Of a stretch of DNA of 64,000 nucleotides, positions 9,813 through 19,670 are shown one piece after another. This DNA comes from Treponemataceae bacterium (GTDB lineage: Bacteria > Spirochaetota > Spirochaetia > Treponematales > Rectinemataceae). The position numbers and the translations under genes are program-made. Position 1 is the first letter of the stretch. Each line of letters begins with the position of its first letter. The DNA is taken from contig CAXXVZ010000002.1 in the NCBI GenBank assembly GCA_963678065.2, positions 160,001 to 224,000 on the forward strand, given 5' to 3'. The notes beneath the pieces are model-generated. The model was given only the letters and a program-made list of their open reading frames with translations, did not search any database and was not told the DNA's origin.

Positions 9813-10625
9813 CTATGGCTTTGCCATGGCTCTGTCACCGCAGTGCGGACAGGCTGGATCCCTCGGAATTTCAAGTTCGACAAATTTCATCTGGATACCG
9901 TCGAAGAACAGGAGACGTCCCGGAATGACCGTGCCTCTACCCGTGATTAGCTTTATCGCTTCTGTAGCCTGCAGGGTTCCGATAAGCCCGGAGGCGGTTC
10001 CAATCACAGGCGTAATGCCTTTTTGCACAGCATCGCGATACAGACACACAAGACAGGCTGACTTTCCGGGAAACACAGTCATCATCTGGCCGCTGAAGGA
10101 ATTCACGGCTCCGTGAACAACAGGCAGGCCACGTTCGATCGCAGCTTTGTTCAATATGAAGCGGGAAGGAAAATTATCAAGAGCATCTATTATCAGACTG
10201 CAGTCGCCGATCAAGGCGTGGGCGTTTTCGGCAGTCAACTCCACGTTTTTTGACTCGACTTCTACCATGGGGTTGATGCGCGAAAGGCTTTGGGCGATGA
10301 CGGATGCTTTTCCCTTCCCGATATCCTCTTCGGCATACAGGATTTGTCGATTGAGATTGCTGAGTTCTATCCGCCCGTTATCCACGATTCCGAGGTAACC
10401 GACTCCTGCGACTGCAAGATAGAGCGCGATGCTGCATCCCAAACCGCCAGCGCCAGCTATGAAAACTCGGGCATTGGCCAGTTTTTCCTGTGCCTCCGGG
10501 CCAAAACCATCTATCGCCAGTTGCCTGGAATACCTCTCGCCATTGCTGTCAGAAAGCATTGCTGACCCCGCATGAAAATCCGCTACAAAAGTGCGCATCC
10601 GATCCGTCAGTCGACGATCTGCCAT
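9813..10625 (-). CDS. moeB: HesA/MoeB/ThiF family adenylyltransferase
   Basis: ERYSRQL, GAGGLG, SNLNRQ, DALDNFPSR, two CxxC motifs. Alternative start at 10559. Confidence 0.85.
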   Translation of the reverse strand: MADRRLTDRMRTFVADFHAGSAMLSDSNGERYSRQLAIDGFGPEAQEKLANARVFIAGAGGLGCSIALYLAVAGVGYLGIVDNGRIELSNLNRQILYAEEDIGKGKASVIAQSLSRINPMVEVESKNVELTAENAHALIGDCSLIIDALDNFPSRFILNKAAIERGLPVVHGAVNSFSGQMMTVFPGKSACLVCLYRDAVQKGITPVIGTASGLIGTLQATEAIKLITGRGTVIPGRLLFFDGIQMKFVELEIPRDPACPHCGDRAMAKP

Positions 10626-11737
10626 TCCCGGCCGAGATCGCCAAGTCCTTCGCAGCCTGATTCAGTGACGGCCACAGCATCTTCTATCTTCACATGGCCC
10701 ACTCCGGGATGGAGAAAATCCGTTTCGATAGACAAAACCATGCCCTTTTCCAGCAACTGCGCGCTTTCGCCGGTAAAAATCGGCTGTTCGTACGGAACCA
10801 TGCCGATGCCATGTATCACAAACCGCGCATAATCAGAAAATGCGTAACGATGGGCGGCGGTGGCCCCTTCCTCGATCAATTTCCTGCACGAAGCACCTGG
10901 CTGTATGAGACTCCGGACATAGTTTTGAACCTGGATACAAGCATCGTACAATTCCTTCGCAAGTTTGGGCGGTTCCCCGATACATCCCATCCTGCAAATG
11001 TCGGCGATCAGATCCCGTTCGTTTCCGCCGGCATCGATATGGAGTATCTGGCCCTTTTCCCACCGTGCCGACGAAGGCGCGCGCAAAAAACCGGGACCTG
11101 CGCACACAAGCGCGAACAGGAACGAAACATTCCTTCTGGTCAATTCCAGTTCTACCCGCGATGCGATTTCCCGAGTCGTCTCGCTCTGGCGACTCGCCCT
11201 GAAAGCAGCCTGTATGGCCTCGGCGGTATGCGAATAGACTCGCCTTATGATCACCAGCTCTTCTTCGCTTTTTATCGCGCGGAGCTTATCCATTACGGGG
11301 GTAATATCCGTGAAATTCGCATGGGGAAGCTCTGTCGTGAGCGCCATAAAAACATCCGCGGGCAGAAAAGGCATCTCGACTCCGATGGTCGCGGTCTGAA
11401 GCCCCAAGCGCTTTATCGCATCGATAGCACCGAGAGCGGTTGTCGTCGTACCGCGAAGCGCCTCAACGAAGTCGGTTATCCAGATGCCTCCTTCGGCATC
11501 TATCTGCCCCCGTTCCTCTGCCCTTCCGACATAAAAGGATTCCGAAAGACGATCGCGCGGGATGCCCAGCAAAGGAAGATACTGCGACAACCCCATCCTC
11601 GAAGAGAGGGCATGAAAATGATAATAATACCCTCCCAGAAGATACCTCACATTGTGCCTAGTATTGATGAGCATCAGGGAGATGCCGGCTTCGGTCAGGA
11701 GTCCATTCAGCTTTCTGGAATCAAAAGGCACATTCAA
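10607..11737 (-). CDS. M24 (Xaa-Pro peptidase/creatinase fold) hydrolase
   Basis: LRAIKSEEEL, HIDAGG...ADICR, HGIG, SIE, KIEDAVAVT. Start (TTG/GTG) is approximate. Confidence 0.85.
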   Translation of the reverse strand: MNVPFDSRKLNGLLTEAGISLMLINTRHNVRYLLGGYYYHFHALSSRMGLSQYLPLLGIPRDRLSESFYVGRAEERGQIDAEGGIWITDFVEALRGTTTTALGAIDAIKRLGLQTATIGVEMPFLPADVFMALTTELPHANFTDITPVMDKLRAIKSEEELVIIRRVYSHTAEAIQAAFRASRQSETTREIASRVELELTRRNVSFLFALVCAGPGFLRAPSSARWEKGQILHIDAGGNERDLIADICRMGCIGEPPKLAKELYDACIQVQNYVRSLIQPGASCRKLIEEGATAAHRYAFSDYARFVIHGIGMVPYEQPIFTGESAQLLEKGMVLSIETDFLHPGVGHVKIEDAVAVTESGCEGLGDLGREWQIVD

Positions 11738-11751
11738 GGGTTCACACTTCC

Positions 11752-12198
11752 TCAGCGTTGTTTCTTCACCAGATGAGAGTGCAATGCCCGAAGGGCCAAC
11801 AAATAGCTGTCTATTCCCAATCCGGATATCTGTCCGATACATACGGGCACGATTACGGATTGATGCCTGAATGACTCACGGGCGTGAATATTGGTGATAT
11901 GAACTTCTATGGCAGGGAGGTTGACGGAGGCGACGGCATCCCGCAAGGAATAGCAGTAGTGGGTAAAGGCACCGGGATTGATCAGGATTGCATCCGCCCA
12001 TTCCGATTCCTGCTGGATCCAGTCGACAATCTGGCCTTCCCAGTTGGTCTGGAAAATCTTCAGCTCCACATCCAGTTCCCCGGCCAGTTTTTTCAGGGCA
12101 TCATTGACATCATTCATCGTGAAGTTGCCATACATCGCCGGTTCGCGTTTTCCGAGCCAGTTGATGCTGGAACCATGCAACACCAGAATCTTGTACAT
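11752..12198 (-). CDS. aroQ: Type II 3-dehydroquinate dehydratase (variant N-terminal motif)
   Basis: LGKREPAMYG, FQTNWEG, INPGAFTH, EVHITNIHARESFRH. RBS AGGAG. Confidence 0.9.
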   Translation of the reverse strand: MYKILVLHGSSINWLGKREPAMYGNFTMNDVNDALKKLAGELDVELKIFQTNWEGQIVDWIQQESEWADAILINPGAFTHYCYSLRDAVASVNLPAIEVHITNIHARESFRHQSVIVPVCIGQISGLGIDSYLLALRALHSHLVKKQR

Positions 12199-12323
12199 CT
12201 TGAACTCCTGTATCGCTGTTTCAGACGGATCAAAATGCATCCATACATGCGTCACCCTACATGAATCCACTATTCAGGACAATCCTTCCTTCGACAACTT
12301 CATGGTTTTTTTAGCCTTTTTGA

Positions 12324-12575
12324 TCAACCTCCTCCGATAGGAGGGAAGAGTGACAGCTTTTCCCCGCCTTCCAGTACCGAATCGAGCTGACTGCGCTTGT
12401 TATCGATGAAAACGAGCCCGACATAGTCTTCCGGTATGCCGAGTTCAACGAGAATGTCGCCTACAGATATTTGATTTTCAATGGAATACCCATTCTGGAT
12501 CCGTGATTTGTATTTTTGAAGCGAAGCATACAGTACCACTTCAACTTTCTTCACGGGCGCACTTTTCACCGTCAT
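12324..12575 (-). CDS. MoaD/ThiS sulfur carrier protein
   Basis: About 83 aa, ubiquitin-like, ends LFPPIGGG. RBS AAGGAG. Confidence 0.85.
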   Translation of the reverse strand: MTVKSAPVKKVEVVLYASLQKYKSRIQNGYSIENQISVGDILVELGIPEDYVGLVFIDNKRSQLDSVLEGGEKLSLFPPIGGG

Positions 12576-12711
12576 CGCTCCTTGCCCGAAATTTCCTTTC
12601 TTTAACCTTGCATTCACAACAGATAAAATAATTAGCGTGCGCTATGTCGTCGTATTACCACAAACGGAACCGGGTGACAAGAATTTGTTTGATTTATAAA
12701 ACCTACAGGGC

Positions 12712-13974
12712 CTATTTTACTACAGCATGTCCCTTCCGGCCTCTGGCAATCAGAGCGAAGCCCGACAGGGCGCACAGAAAGATCGATCCTGCCATAGCCG
12801 ACGGATTTGATCCTCCGATCGCGCTGACCGCGATCGAGGCCACAGTCGCCATAACCATCTGAAGCGAACCGAGCACTGCTGCGGCGCTGCCCGCCTTTGT
12901 CCCGAAAGGTCCAAGCGACATCGCGGTTGTGTTGGGATTGAGAAAGCCGTGACAGAAAAGGTATGTCATCAGAAATGCACTCGTGGTGAGTGGTCCGAGA
13001 ATGCCTGCCACCGCGCAGACTGCCATGGCCGTCGCCGTCAGCGCCTGGACGGCGCTCGCGGCGAGCGTCAGATCAGCAATCGGGCGGGAACGAAGAAGCC
13101 TCCTGTTGAGCTGGCTGCCAACGACAAGGCAAACGGCGTTCAGGCCGAAAGCCAGTCCAAACTGAGTTTTGGAATATCCGAAGTGCTGCATGAAGACCGA
13201 TGCCGCGCACGCGATGTAGGCGAACATGCCGGCGCCAGAGAATCCCCCGGCGAGAGCGAGTCTCATGAAAGCCGGATTTCTTGCGACCCGCGCCAGATCA
13301 CGGGCCGCCGTCCCTGCCCATTGGCCTGTCGCAGGAGAATGAAGCGAATCGCTTGCAGCAGGCGCGGATGGATCGGCGGACACGCCCTGGCTCCCCTTCG
13401 CCCGGGCTGGTCTGTTGTCGGGAATGAACACCCAGGTGATGAAAGCGAGCACCATGGAAAAGAGGGCAAGGATGGCAAAGATAAACCGCCACCCGAAGGC
13501 GGAGACAATCATGCCGCCGATGCTCGGGGCGACCATGGGCGCGACGCCCATCACGAGCATAATTAGCGAGTAGACTCTCGCCGCTTCATTGACAGGAAAG
13601 AGGTCGCGCACTACCGCGCGACTGCCTACCATCCCGGCGCAGCCCCCAAGTGCGAGCATGAATCGCATGAATACCAGAGTGCCGAGGTTCGGCGAGAGGC
13701 CGCAGCCCAGCGCGGCGAGACAATAGATGACCAGTCCCGCGAGGAGCGGAAGGCGACGACCGAACCTGTCCATCAGGGGACCGTATGCGAGTTGCCCGAG
13801 GGAAATGCCGATGAAGTAGCTTGACAGCGAATACCCGACGCGCGATACCTCCGCGCCGAAGTCATGTGCGATGGCGGTGAAGGAAGGAAGATACATGTCG
13901 ATGGACATAGGACCGATGGCAGCGAGCATCCCGAGGGCAATTATCATCGTTGAATCTTTTTGCCGTTCAGGCAT
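12712..13974 (-). CDS. Bcr/CflA family MFS efflux transporter
   Basis: SIDMYLPSF, GQLAYGPLMDRFGRR, about 12 hydrophobic segments. Confidence 0.9.
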   Translation of the reverse strand: MPERQKDSTMIIALGMLAAIGPMSIDMYLPSFTAIAHDFGAEVSRVGYSLSSYFIGISLGQLAYGPLMDRFGRRLPLLAGLVIYCLAALGCGLSPNLGTLVFMRFMLALGGCAGMVGSRAVVRDLFPVNEAARVYSLIMLVMGVAPMVAPSIGGMIVSAFGWRFIFAILALFSMVLAFITWVFIPDNRPARAKGSQGVSADPSAPAASDSLHSPATGQWAGTAARDLARVARNPAFMRLALAGGFSGAGMFAYIACAASVFMQHFGYSKTQFGLAFGLNAVCLVVGSQLNRRLLRSRPIADLTLAASAVQALTATAMAVCAVAGILGPLTTSAFLMTYLFCHGFLNPNTTAMSLGPFGTKAGSAAAVLGSLQMVMATVASIAVSAIGGSNPSAMAGSIFLCALSGFALIARGRKGHAVVK

Positions 13975-14183
13975 CTCTTCCTCCCTGCCGTGCCGGAATT
14001 GCGCCGGCACCAGCAAAATTACTACTTGATCAGGATCATAAATGGCGGATTACTCAGCTACAGATCATACCGCGGGGCCAGGGCTCGCGCCTCTTTTCTG
14101 ATACTGGAGTGATACGGAATGTCGCAAAAACAGCGCATAGAAACGCTGATTTCCTCATGAGTCATCCACCAGGGGAAACAGTA

Positions 14184-14211
14184 CCGCTCGACTCCATGCG
14201 GAATCGAGCGG
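14184..14211 (-). terminator. Hairpin downstream of esterase pair
   Basis: CCGCTCGAcTCC-ATGC-GGAaTCGAGCGG inverted repeat about 25 bp past the stop; weak U-tract. Confidence 0.4.
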
Positions 14212-14234
14212 CTTCAGGTTTATAGTGTGACTGC

Positions 14235-15164
14235 CTATCCCAGCATGCCGAATTCCCGCCTCAGCGCATTGAACATCCCCTCGCGAATCCACATCGTCAG
14301 CGGAGCGGGCACGAGGTCCACACCGTGTGAAACTCGCGGAAGGCTGTACAGTTCGGTAGGCACGGCGAACTCCATGAGGCGCCTGGCATAGTCGATCCCC
14401 TCATCGCGCAGGGGATCGTACTCGCAAGTGACGACGCAAGCCGGCGGAAGACCGGATAGGTCCCTGGCCAGGGCGGGTACGGCGTAATAGGAGGGCTGGC
14501 CGCCATTGAAACCACCTGTATACAATCCCCAGACAAAAGACATCCCATCGCCTTTGACTAGAGGCGCGCCCTCAAAGAATTGATGCACCGAGAGGGTGTT
14601 CGGCTTGTAGTCGAAGGTGGAATAGTTCAGTATCTGAAGGCGTATCTTCGGACCTCCCTTGTCGCGGAGCCAGAGGCAGAGACCAGCTGTGATGGCTCCG
14701 CCGGCGCTCGTGCCAAGAAGGGCGATCCTTTCGCGGTCCACGCCGATCTCGACGGCGTGCTCGTAGACCCAGGCGAGCACCGCGAGGCAATCCTCGATCT
14801 GGGCCGGAAAAACTGCCTTCGGTGCGAGCCGGTATTCGACGGAGAGGACGACGCAGGGCACGCCGGCGGCGAAGGCCGCAGCGCGGTGGTTGTCCCGGTC
14901 CCTCCCGCCGGAGACGAAACCGCCCCCGTGGATGTTGATGACGAGGGGGGCGTTTTTCACGGCGGGATCCTTATAGAGGCGGACCGGGACCTCGGGGGCG
15001 TCCTTCGGTCCGGGAACGTTGAAATCCCTGATCTCCATGCCCTTGGGCGGCTTGTAGTTGGTGACCGCTGCAAGTCTGGCATCGAAATTCCCTATGTCAT
15101 CCGGCCTTGCCGAGGCGCTCAAGTCCCACAGGCACTGATATCCGGGATGCGGATTCATCTTCAT
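14235..15164 (-). CDS. Alpha/beta hydrolase, HSL/acetyl-esterase family
   Basis: HGGGF oxyanion motif, GTSAGG nucleophile, EYDPLRDEG, HG. No signal peptide. Confidence 0.9.
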   Translation of the reverse strand: MKMNPHPGYQCLWDLSASARPDDIGNFDARLAAVTNYKPPKGMEIRDFNVPGPKDAPEVPVRLYKDPAVKNAPLVINIHGGGFVSGGRDRDNHRAAAFAAGVPCVVLSVEYRLAPKAVFPAQIEDCLAVLAWVYEHAVEIGVDRERIALLGTSAGGAITAGLCLWLRDKGGPKIRLQILNYSTFDYKPNTLSVHQFFEGAPLVKGDGMSFVWGLYTGGFNGGQPSYYAVPALARDLSGLPPACVVTCEYDPLRDEGIDYARRLMEFAVPTELYSLPRVSHGVDLVPAPLTMWIREGMFNALRREFGMLG

Positions 15165-15327
15165 TTCATTCGCTCCTCTCGACGCGCGTCCCGATCGGCG
15201 CTTCGTCCTTGTTTCATTCCGCGCTGGCGCGGTCGGATTGTCATTGAAACTCTGTCCCCGTATCGTTCCCAATCATCGTCCGAGGATGGGCGGGATCAAC
15301 TCCCTGCCTGAAAGGCTCGGGACACCG

Positions 15328-16242
15328 CTATTCCCGCATACCGAATTCCCTGCGGAAAGAAGCGCAGACCCCCTCATGCATCCATTCGGTGAGGGGAGCA
15401 TCGAGGATGGCGTATCCATGGACGACTCGCGGCAAGCAGTAGAGTTCGCAGGGAACGCCCGCCTTCAGGAGACGGAAGGCGAACTCGATGGCCTCGTCGC
15501 GGAGAGGGTCGTATTCAGCGGCGATGACCACCGTCGGAGGCAGCCCGCTCAGGTCGGGACAGAACATGGGAAGCTGGTAGTAGGAGGGAGAGGTTACGCT
15601 GATGTCGCTCATCAACTCCCTCGCGGTCGCGGTCAGCGACGAGCCCTTGATGGTTGGACCTTCGCTGAACTGGGTCCTGGAAACGGAGGGGCGTATATCC
15701 AGCATGGGGCAATTAAGGACAGTCAACGTGATCCTTGGGCCGCCCTTGTCGCGCAGGTAGAGCGAGAGCCCCGCGGCGAGCTTGCCCCCGTAGCTCGTAC
15801 CATGCAGCCCTATCCTGTCCTTGTCGCCGCCCAGCTCGGCCGCGTGCTCATATATCCACTCGAGCGAGGCCAGGCAGTCCTCCAGGGACTTCTCGCCATA
15901 CTCTATGGATACGAGGACGCACTCGAGACGGGAGGCGATGTACCGATTGCGGAAATCGTCGATATCGAGAGTCGCCCGCCAGCCGCCGCCGTGTATGTCG
16001 ACGACGATCGGCGCCCCCGCTGGCAGGTCGGCCATCCTGAATATACGGATCGCATCCCCTTTCACCCCGCTGCCGTGGATCACTCTGTCCTGGACCGTGA
16101 GGCCCTCGACCGGGTCGCATCGGTGGAGGATTTTCTGGAAATCGGCGTTGCCGACATCCTTCTCCGCCTGGGTCGTGCCGTTGTTGATCTTTTCGTAGGC
16201 ATCGGTCAGTGCCATGTAGTCAGGATGAAGCCATAGCTGCAT
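15328..16242 (-). CDS. Alpha/beta hydrolase, HSL/acetyl-esterase family (paralog of neighbour)
   Basis: HGGGW, GTSYGG, EYDPLRDEA, VHG. Shares YLRDKGGP and RREFGM segments with the 14235 gene. Confidence 0.9.
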   Translation of the reverse strand: MQLWLHPDYMALTDAYEKINNGTTQAEKDVGNADFQKILHRCDPVEGLTVQDRVIHGSGVKGDAIRIFRMADLPAGAPIVVDIHGGGWRATLDIDDFRNRYIASRLECVLVSIEYGEKSLEDCLASLEWIYEHAAELGGDKDRIGLHGTSYGGKLAAGLSLYLRDKGGPRITLTVLNCPMLDIRPSVSRTQFSEGPTIKGSSLTATARELMSDISVTSPSYYQLPMFCPDLSGLPPTVVIAAEYDPLRDEAIEFAFRLLKAGVPCELYCLPRVVHGYAILDAPLTEWMHEGVCASFRREFGMRE

Positions 16243-16325
16243 TTTTTAGTCCCCTTTCGAGCGAGGAAGACGCCACTGCGGGAGGAGGACACCGTTCCAC
16301 TCCGGGCCGCAGGCATGATCGCGGG

Positions 16326-16388
16326 CGCCGGCGCTTCGCCCCTGCCGGGAGTAGCGCCGGCCGCGGCCGTTTGGCTGCAAACGGCCGC
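16326..16388. terminator. Tandem hairpins after dctP
   Basis: GCGGCCGTTTG-GCTG-CAAACGGCCGC (16363-16388) and an adjacent GCCGGCGCT...AGCGCCGGC stem. Confidence 0.5.
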
Positions 16389-16398
16389 TTTTGTTTAC

Positions 16399-17409
16399 TT
16401 ACTTCGAAGCCGCGGCGACCTCGCTCAACAGGGCGTCCACCAGATCCTGCCCGACTGCCTTGCCGATCATGTCGTAAACAGGCTTTGCCAGCATCTTTAT
16501 CTTCGCGAGCATCTCGGGCGAGGGCTGGATGACTTCCTTGCCCTGAGTCTTGAGCTTCACCAGAACCTCATCCGCATTCGCCAGCGCCTTCTTCGCAGAC
16601 TCGATGCCTGTTTCGTAGAGAACCTTGTCGATCAGTTTCTGGAGGTCGGCGGGCATGCCGTCATAGAGTTTCTTGTTCATGACAACCGTGTTGATGAAGA
16701 GGATATGATGGGTCAGGATGACATATTTCTGGACCTCGCCCAGCTTGGACGCAATGAGGACTTCTACGGGATTCTCCTGGGCCTGCACCATATTCTGCTG
16801 AAGGGCGATATAGAGTTCGCTGAATGCGAGGGGGGTGGGATTGGCTCCGAGGGCTTTCCAGAAAGCCAGGTGGTAGGGGTTCTCCATCGTCCGGATCTTG
16901 ATGCCCTTGAAGTCGTCCATGTTCCTGACGGCCTTGTTGCTGCTCATGTCGCGGAAAGCGGAGGGCACCAGTTGCACGAGCTTGAGTCCTGCCTTGTCGT
17001 AGTAGGTAGAGATCTTGGTTCTGAAAGCTCCCGCGCTCAGCGCCTTGGTAGCAGCATCGGGATCGGTCAGGGCGCATGGCATATCGAATACCGCAAGCTG
17101 GGGAATGAAGCTGACCTGGGGCGCAGTGGCCTGCATGACCATGGAAATGTCGCCAGCCTGGCAGCCCTCAAGGAGCTCACGGTCGCCGCCCAGCTGGGCA
17201 TTGGGATAGATTTCGACCTTGAACGCGCCGCCGGATTCGGCTTCCAGGCGCGACTTGATCGCGTTCCCCGTTTCGCCCGCGCTGCTCTTGTCGGACGCGG
17301 CATAGGCGAATTTCAGGACATACTGCTTCGCCGGAGCGGCCGAAAGAGACGCCGCGCCGACGAGACTCAAAACAAGGATAGCCGCTAAAAACCGGACAGA
17401 TGCTTTCAT
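16399..17409 (-). CDS. dctP: TRAP transporter substrate-binding protein
   Basis: Signal peptide, YPNAQLGGDRE, KGIKIRTM (carboxylate-binding Arg), FSELYIALQQ, QENP. Confidence 0.92.
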   Translation of the reverse strand: MKASVRFLAAILVLSLVGAASLSAAPAKQYVLKFAYAASDKSSAGETGNAIKSRLEAESGGAFKVEIYPNAQLGGDRELLEGCQAGDISMVMQATAPQVSFIPQLAVFDMPCALTDPDAATKALSAGAFRTKISTYYDKAGLKLVQLVPSAFRDMSSNKAVRNMDDFKGIKIRTMENPYHLAFWKALGANPTPLAFSELYIALQQNMVQAQENPVEVLIASKLGEVQKYVILTHHILFINTVVMNKKLYDGMPADLQKLIDKVLYETGIESAKKALANADEVLVKLKTQGKEVIQPSPEMLAKIKMLAKPVYDMIGKAVGQDLVDALLSEVAAASK

Positions 17410-17428
17410 GACATTCCTCCTTCGGAGA

Positions 17429-18718
17429 TTAGCCCAGCAATACCAGGCTTATGGCCGGGAAAACGGTGACAAGGGCGAGAGCGACGATGAAGGCCAGTAC
17501 GAAAGGATAGGCTTTTATTCCTACCTTCATGACCGGAGTCTGGATGAGGGGGGCGGTAACGAAGAGGTTGACTCCGAAAGGCGGCGTGACGAAGCCGATG
17601 GCGAGGTTCATCACCATGATGATGCCGAGGTGGACGGGATTGATTCCCAGAATCATCGCGGTCGGCAGGAGCATGGGAGCGAGGATTATCACGGCAGGGC
17701 CCACGTCCATGACCATGCCCAGGATGAGGAGGATCACGTTCAGGGCGAGCAGGAAGGAAATTTTGCTGGTGAATGTGCCGGTAAGGAAAGCCCCGATCAT
17801 CGCGGGCGCCTGGGCCAGGGAGAGAACCCGTCCGAAGGCTATTGCAAGCCCCATGAGGAGGGCGAGGGGCGCGTAGGAGCGCACGGTCTCCACCAGGATT
17901 TCAGGTATCTTCCTGATGCTGATCGTCTTGTAGATGAAGACACAGATGAGGAGCGAATAGATTACGGAAATGTTGGCTGCCTCGGTCGGGGTCACGATGC
18001 CGGTGTAGATCCCGCCCAGGATGATCACGGGCGAGAGGAGGGCCCAGAAGCTTTCCCTGAACACCCGCAAGAAGCCTTTGCTCTTGAGGGCATTGTAGTT
18101 GGCACTGATCTTTTCCTTGTCCTCTCCGTGCCGCTTGCAGTAGAAGAAAGCGTAGGCCATGAGGCAGATGCCGATAAGGAGTCCGGGGAGGATGCCCGCG
18201 GTGAACATGGCGCCGACCGATGTGCCGGTGACGAGGCCGTACATGATGAATGGGATGCTCGGAGGTATGATGACCCCGAGACCTCCAGCCGTTGCGACGA
18301 GGGCAGCGGCAAATACCTTGTCGTAGCCGAGGGAAATCATGATCGGGATAGTCATCCCCCCGACCGCCGCGGCCGTCGCGATGCCCGATCCGGAAATCGC
18401 GCCGTAGAAGAGGCAGGTACACACGACCGCGATGGGTATCCCGGCAGTCTTGTTGCCGATGAAATAGGCGAAAACGTCGAAAAGCTTTTTGGATATTCCG
18501 CCCTTTGCCATGATGGCGCCGGAGAGGATGAAAAGGGGAACGGCGAGAATGGCAGTGTTGTCGACCCCCGTCAACGTTCCGCGGATGACGAACTGGATGC
18601 TCGCCGCGAAATTAGGATCCATGATGGCCGGAACGATCGAGGCCACGCCGAGGATGACGGCGATGGGGATGCTCAGAATCAGGCCGGAGAAGAAAACGAT
18701 GAAAACCATTGTAAGCAT
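17429..18718 (-). CDS. dctM: TRAP transporter large permease
   Basis: AVPLFILSG, ISGSGIATAAAVG, IIPPSIPFIMYG, TPTEAA, TPPFGVNLF. Confidence 0.93.
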   Translation of the reverse strand: MLTMVFIVFFSGLILSIPIAVILGVASIVPAIMDPNFAASIQFVIRGTLTGVDNTAILAVPLFILSGAIMAKGGISKKLFDVFAYFIGNKTAGIPIAVVCTCLFYGAISGSGIATAAAVGGMTIPIMISLGYDKVFAAALVATAGGLGVIIPPSIPFIMYGLVTGTSVGAMFTAGILPGLLIGICLMAYAFFYCKRHGEDKEKISANYNALKSKGFLRVFRESFWALLSPVIILGGIYTGIVTPTEAANISVIYSLLICVFIYKTISIRKIPEILVETVRSYAPLALLMGLAIAFGRVLSLAQAPAMIGAFLTGTFTSKISFLLALNVILLILGMVMDVGPAVIILAPMLLPTAMILGINPVHLGIIMVMNLAIGFVTPPFGVNLFVTAPLIQTPVMKVGIKAYPFVLAFIVALALVTVFPAISLVLLG

Positions 18719-18721
18719 GAT

Positions 18722-19225
18722 CTACATCCTCCCCGAGTTGACTGCCGATACACCAACATCCTTGCGCAGCATGACGATTATCTTCTGTACGCCGCGCATG
18801 ACCGCGAGCAGGAAACCCACGACCAGGGATATGTAGATGGCGACCATGGGGAGGCCCAGTGCCGGACTGGTCTGGCCACTCCTCGCGATCTTCTGAACGA
18901 CAAAGATCGAGTTGTAGAGCATCAGTCCGAAGAACGCGAGAACGAAAAGCTCAACGAATACGTCCAGAGGTTTGCGCCAAGACTTTGGAAGGTACTGTAC
19001 CACGATGTCGATCCTGAGCATGGTACTCTTTTTTATGCTGTAACCGATGCTGATGAAGGTCGACCAGACAAAGCAGTATCTGGCAAATTCCTCGCTCCAC
19101 GAGAGCGAGGCGTTGAAAATGTACCTCATGATAATTTGCAGCAGCAGCGACAGGGAGATCCCGGCAAGCAGGATCACCATTGTCCATTCCTCGAAATGCT
19201 CGTCGAGCCATTTTATCGCTCGCAT
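18722..19225 (-). CDS. dctQ: TRAP transporter small permease
   Basis: Four TM segments, WSEEFARYCFVW. Confidence 0.9.
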   Translation of the reverse strand: MRAIKWLDEHFEEWTMVILLAGISLSLLLQIIMRYIFNASLSWSEEFARYCFVWSTFISIGYSIKKSTMLRIDIVVQYLPKSWRKPLDVFVELFVLAFFGLMLYNSIFVVQKIARSGQTSPALGLPMVAIYISLVVGFLLAVMRGVQKIIVMLRKDVGVSAVNSGRM

Positions 19226-19357
19226 CTGTCCCTCCTCTGGGAAAGCATGATTTCTGGCAGCTCACCATCTCTCATTCTGCGATACGATACCGGACTGAAA
19301 CGAAAGCGGGTAGTAGATTACGGAATGTGGCAAGCACAACTGAAGAAGTTTACCATG

Positions 19358-19413
19358 CCGATGTATCTGTTATATATCGGAGTAATTTTCTGTCTGAATT
19401 TCAAATTTGTCAA
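19358..19413 (-). promoter_or_regulatory. Promoter and operator upstream of first TRAP operon
   Basis: Minus strand TTGACA-N17-GAAAAT-TACT-CCGATATATAACAGATACATCGG; same spacing as at 39105-39151 and 41905-41949. Confidence 0.65.
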
Positions 19414-19670
19414 TTGCATATTTTTGCATTTCGATCACAACGGGGAATCAGGCCTCCTGACAGCCCTTCAGGGCAGGAGCAAATGACAGACAGGCTCGGT
19501 AAAAATGCGCAAAGGGAGCCCCTTATCGAGACTCCCCCCACCTTTTCCATCATCAGAGCCCTGATGCGGACTGAGGCCTCAAATCGGCCTGAAGATCGCG
19601 CAGCGCTTCGTCGCCGCGCTTTCAACAGCTCTCACAAAGCTTCTGCCTTTTTATAGTCCGCCTTGTTTGC

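Noticed and set aside
17408..19486. 692-aa plus-strand ORF (likewise 34713-36797, 20238-21650, 29659-30924, 25059-26297, and minus-strand 42745-44349)
   Set aside because: These are antisense or off-frame shadows of well-supported genes in GC-rich DNA, with no recognisable motifs.
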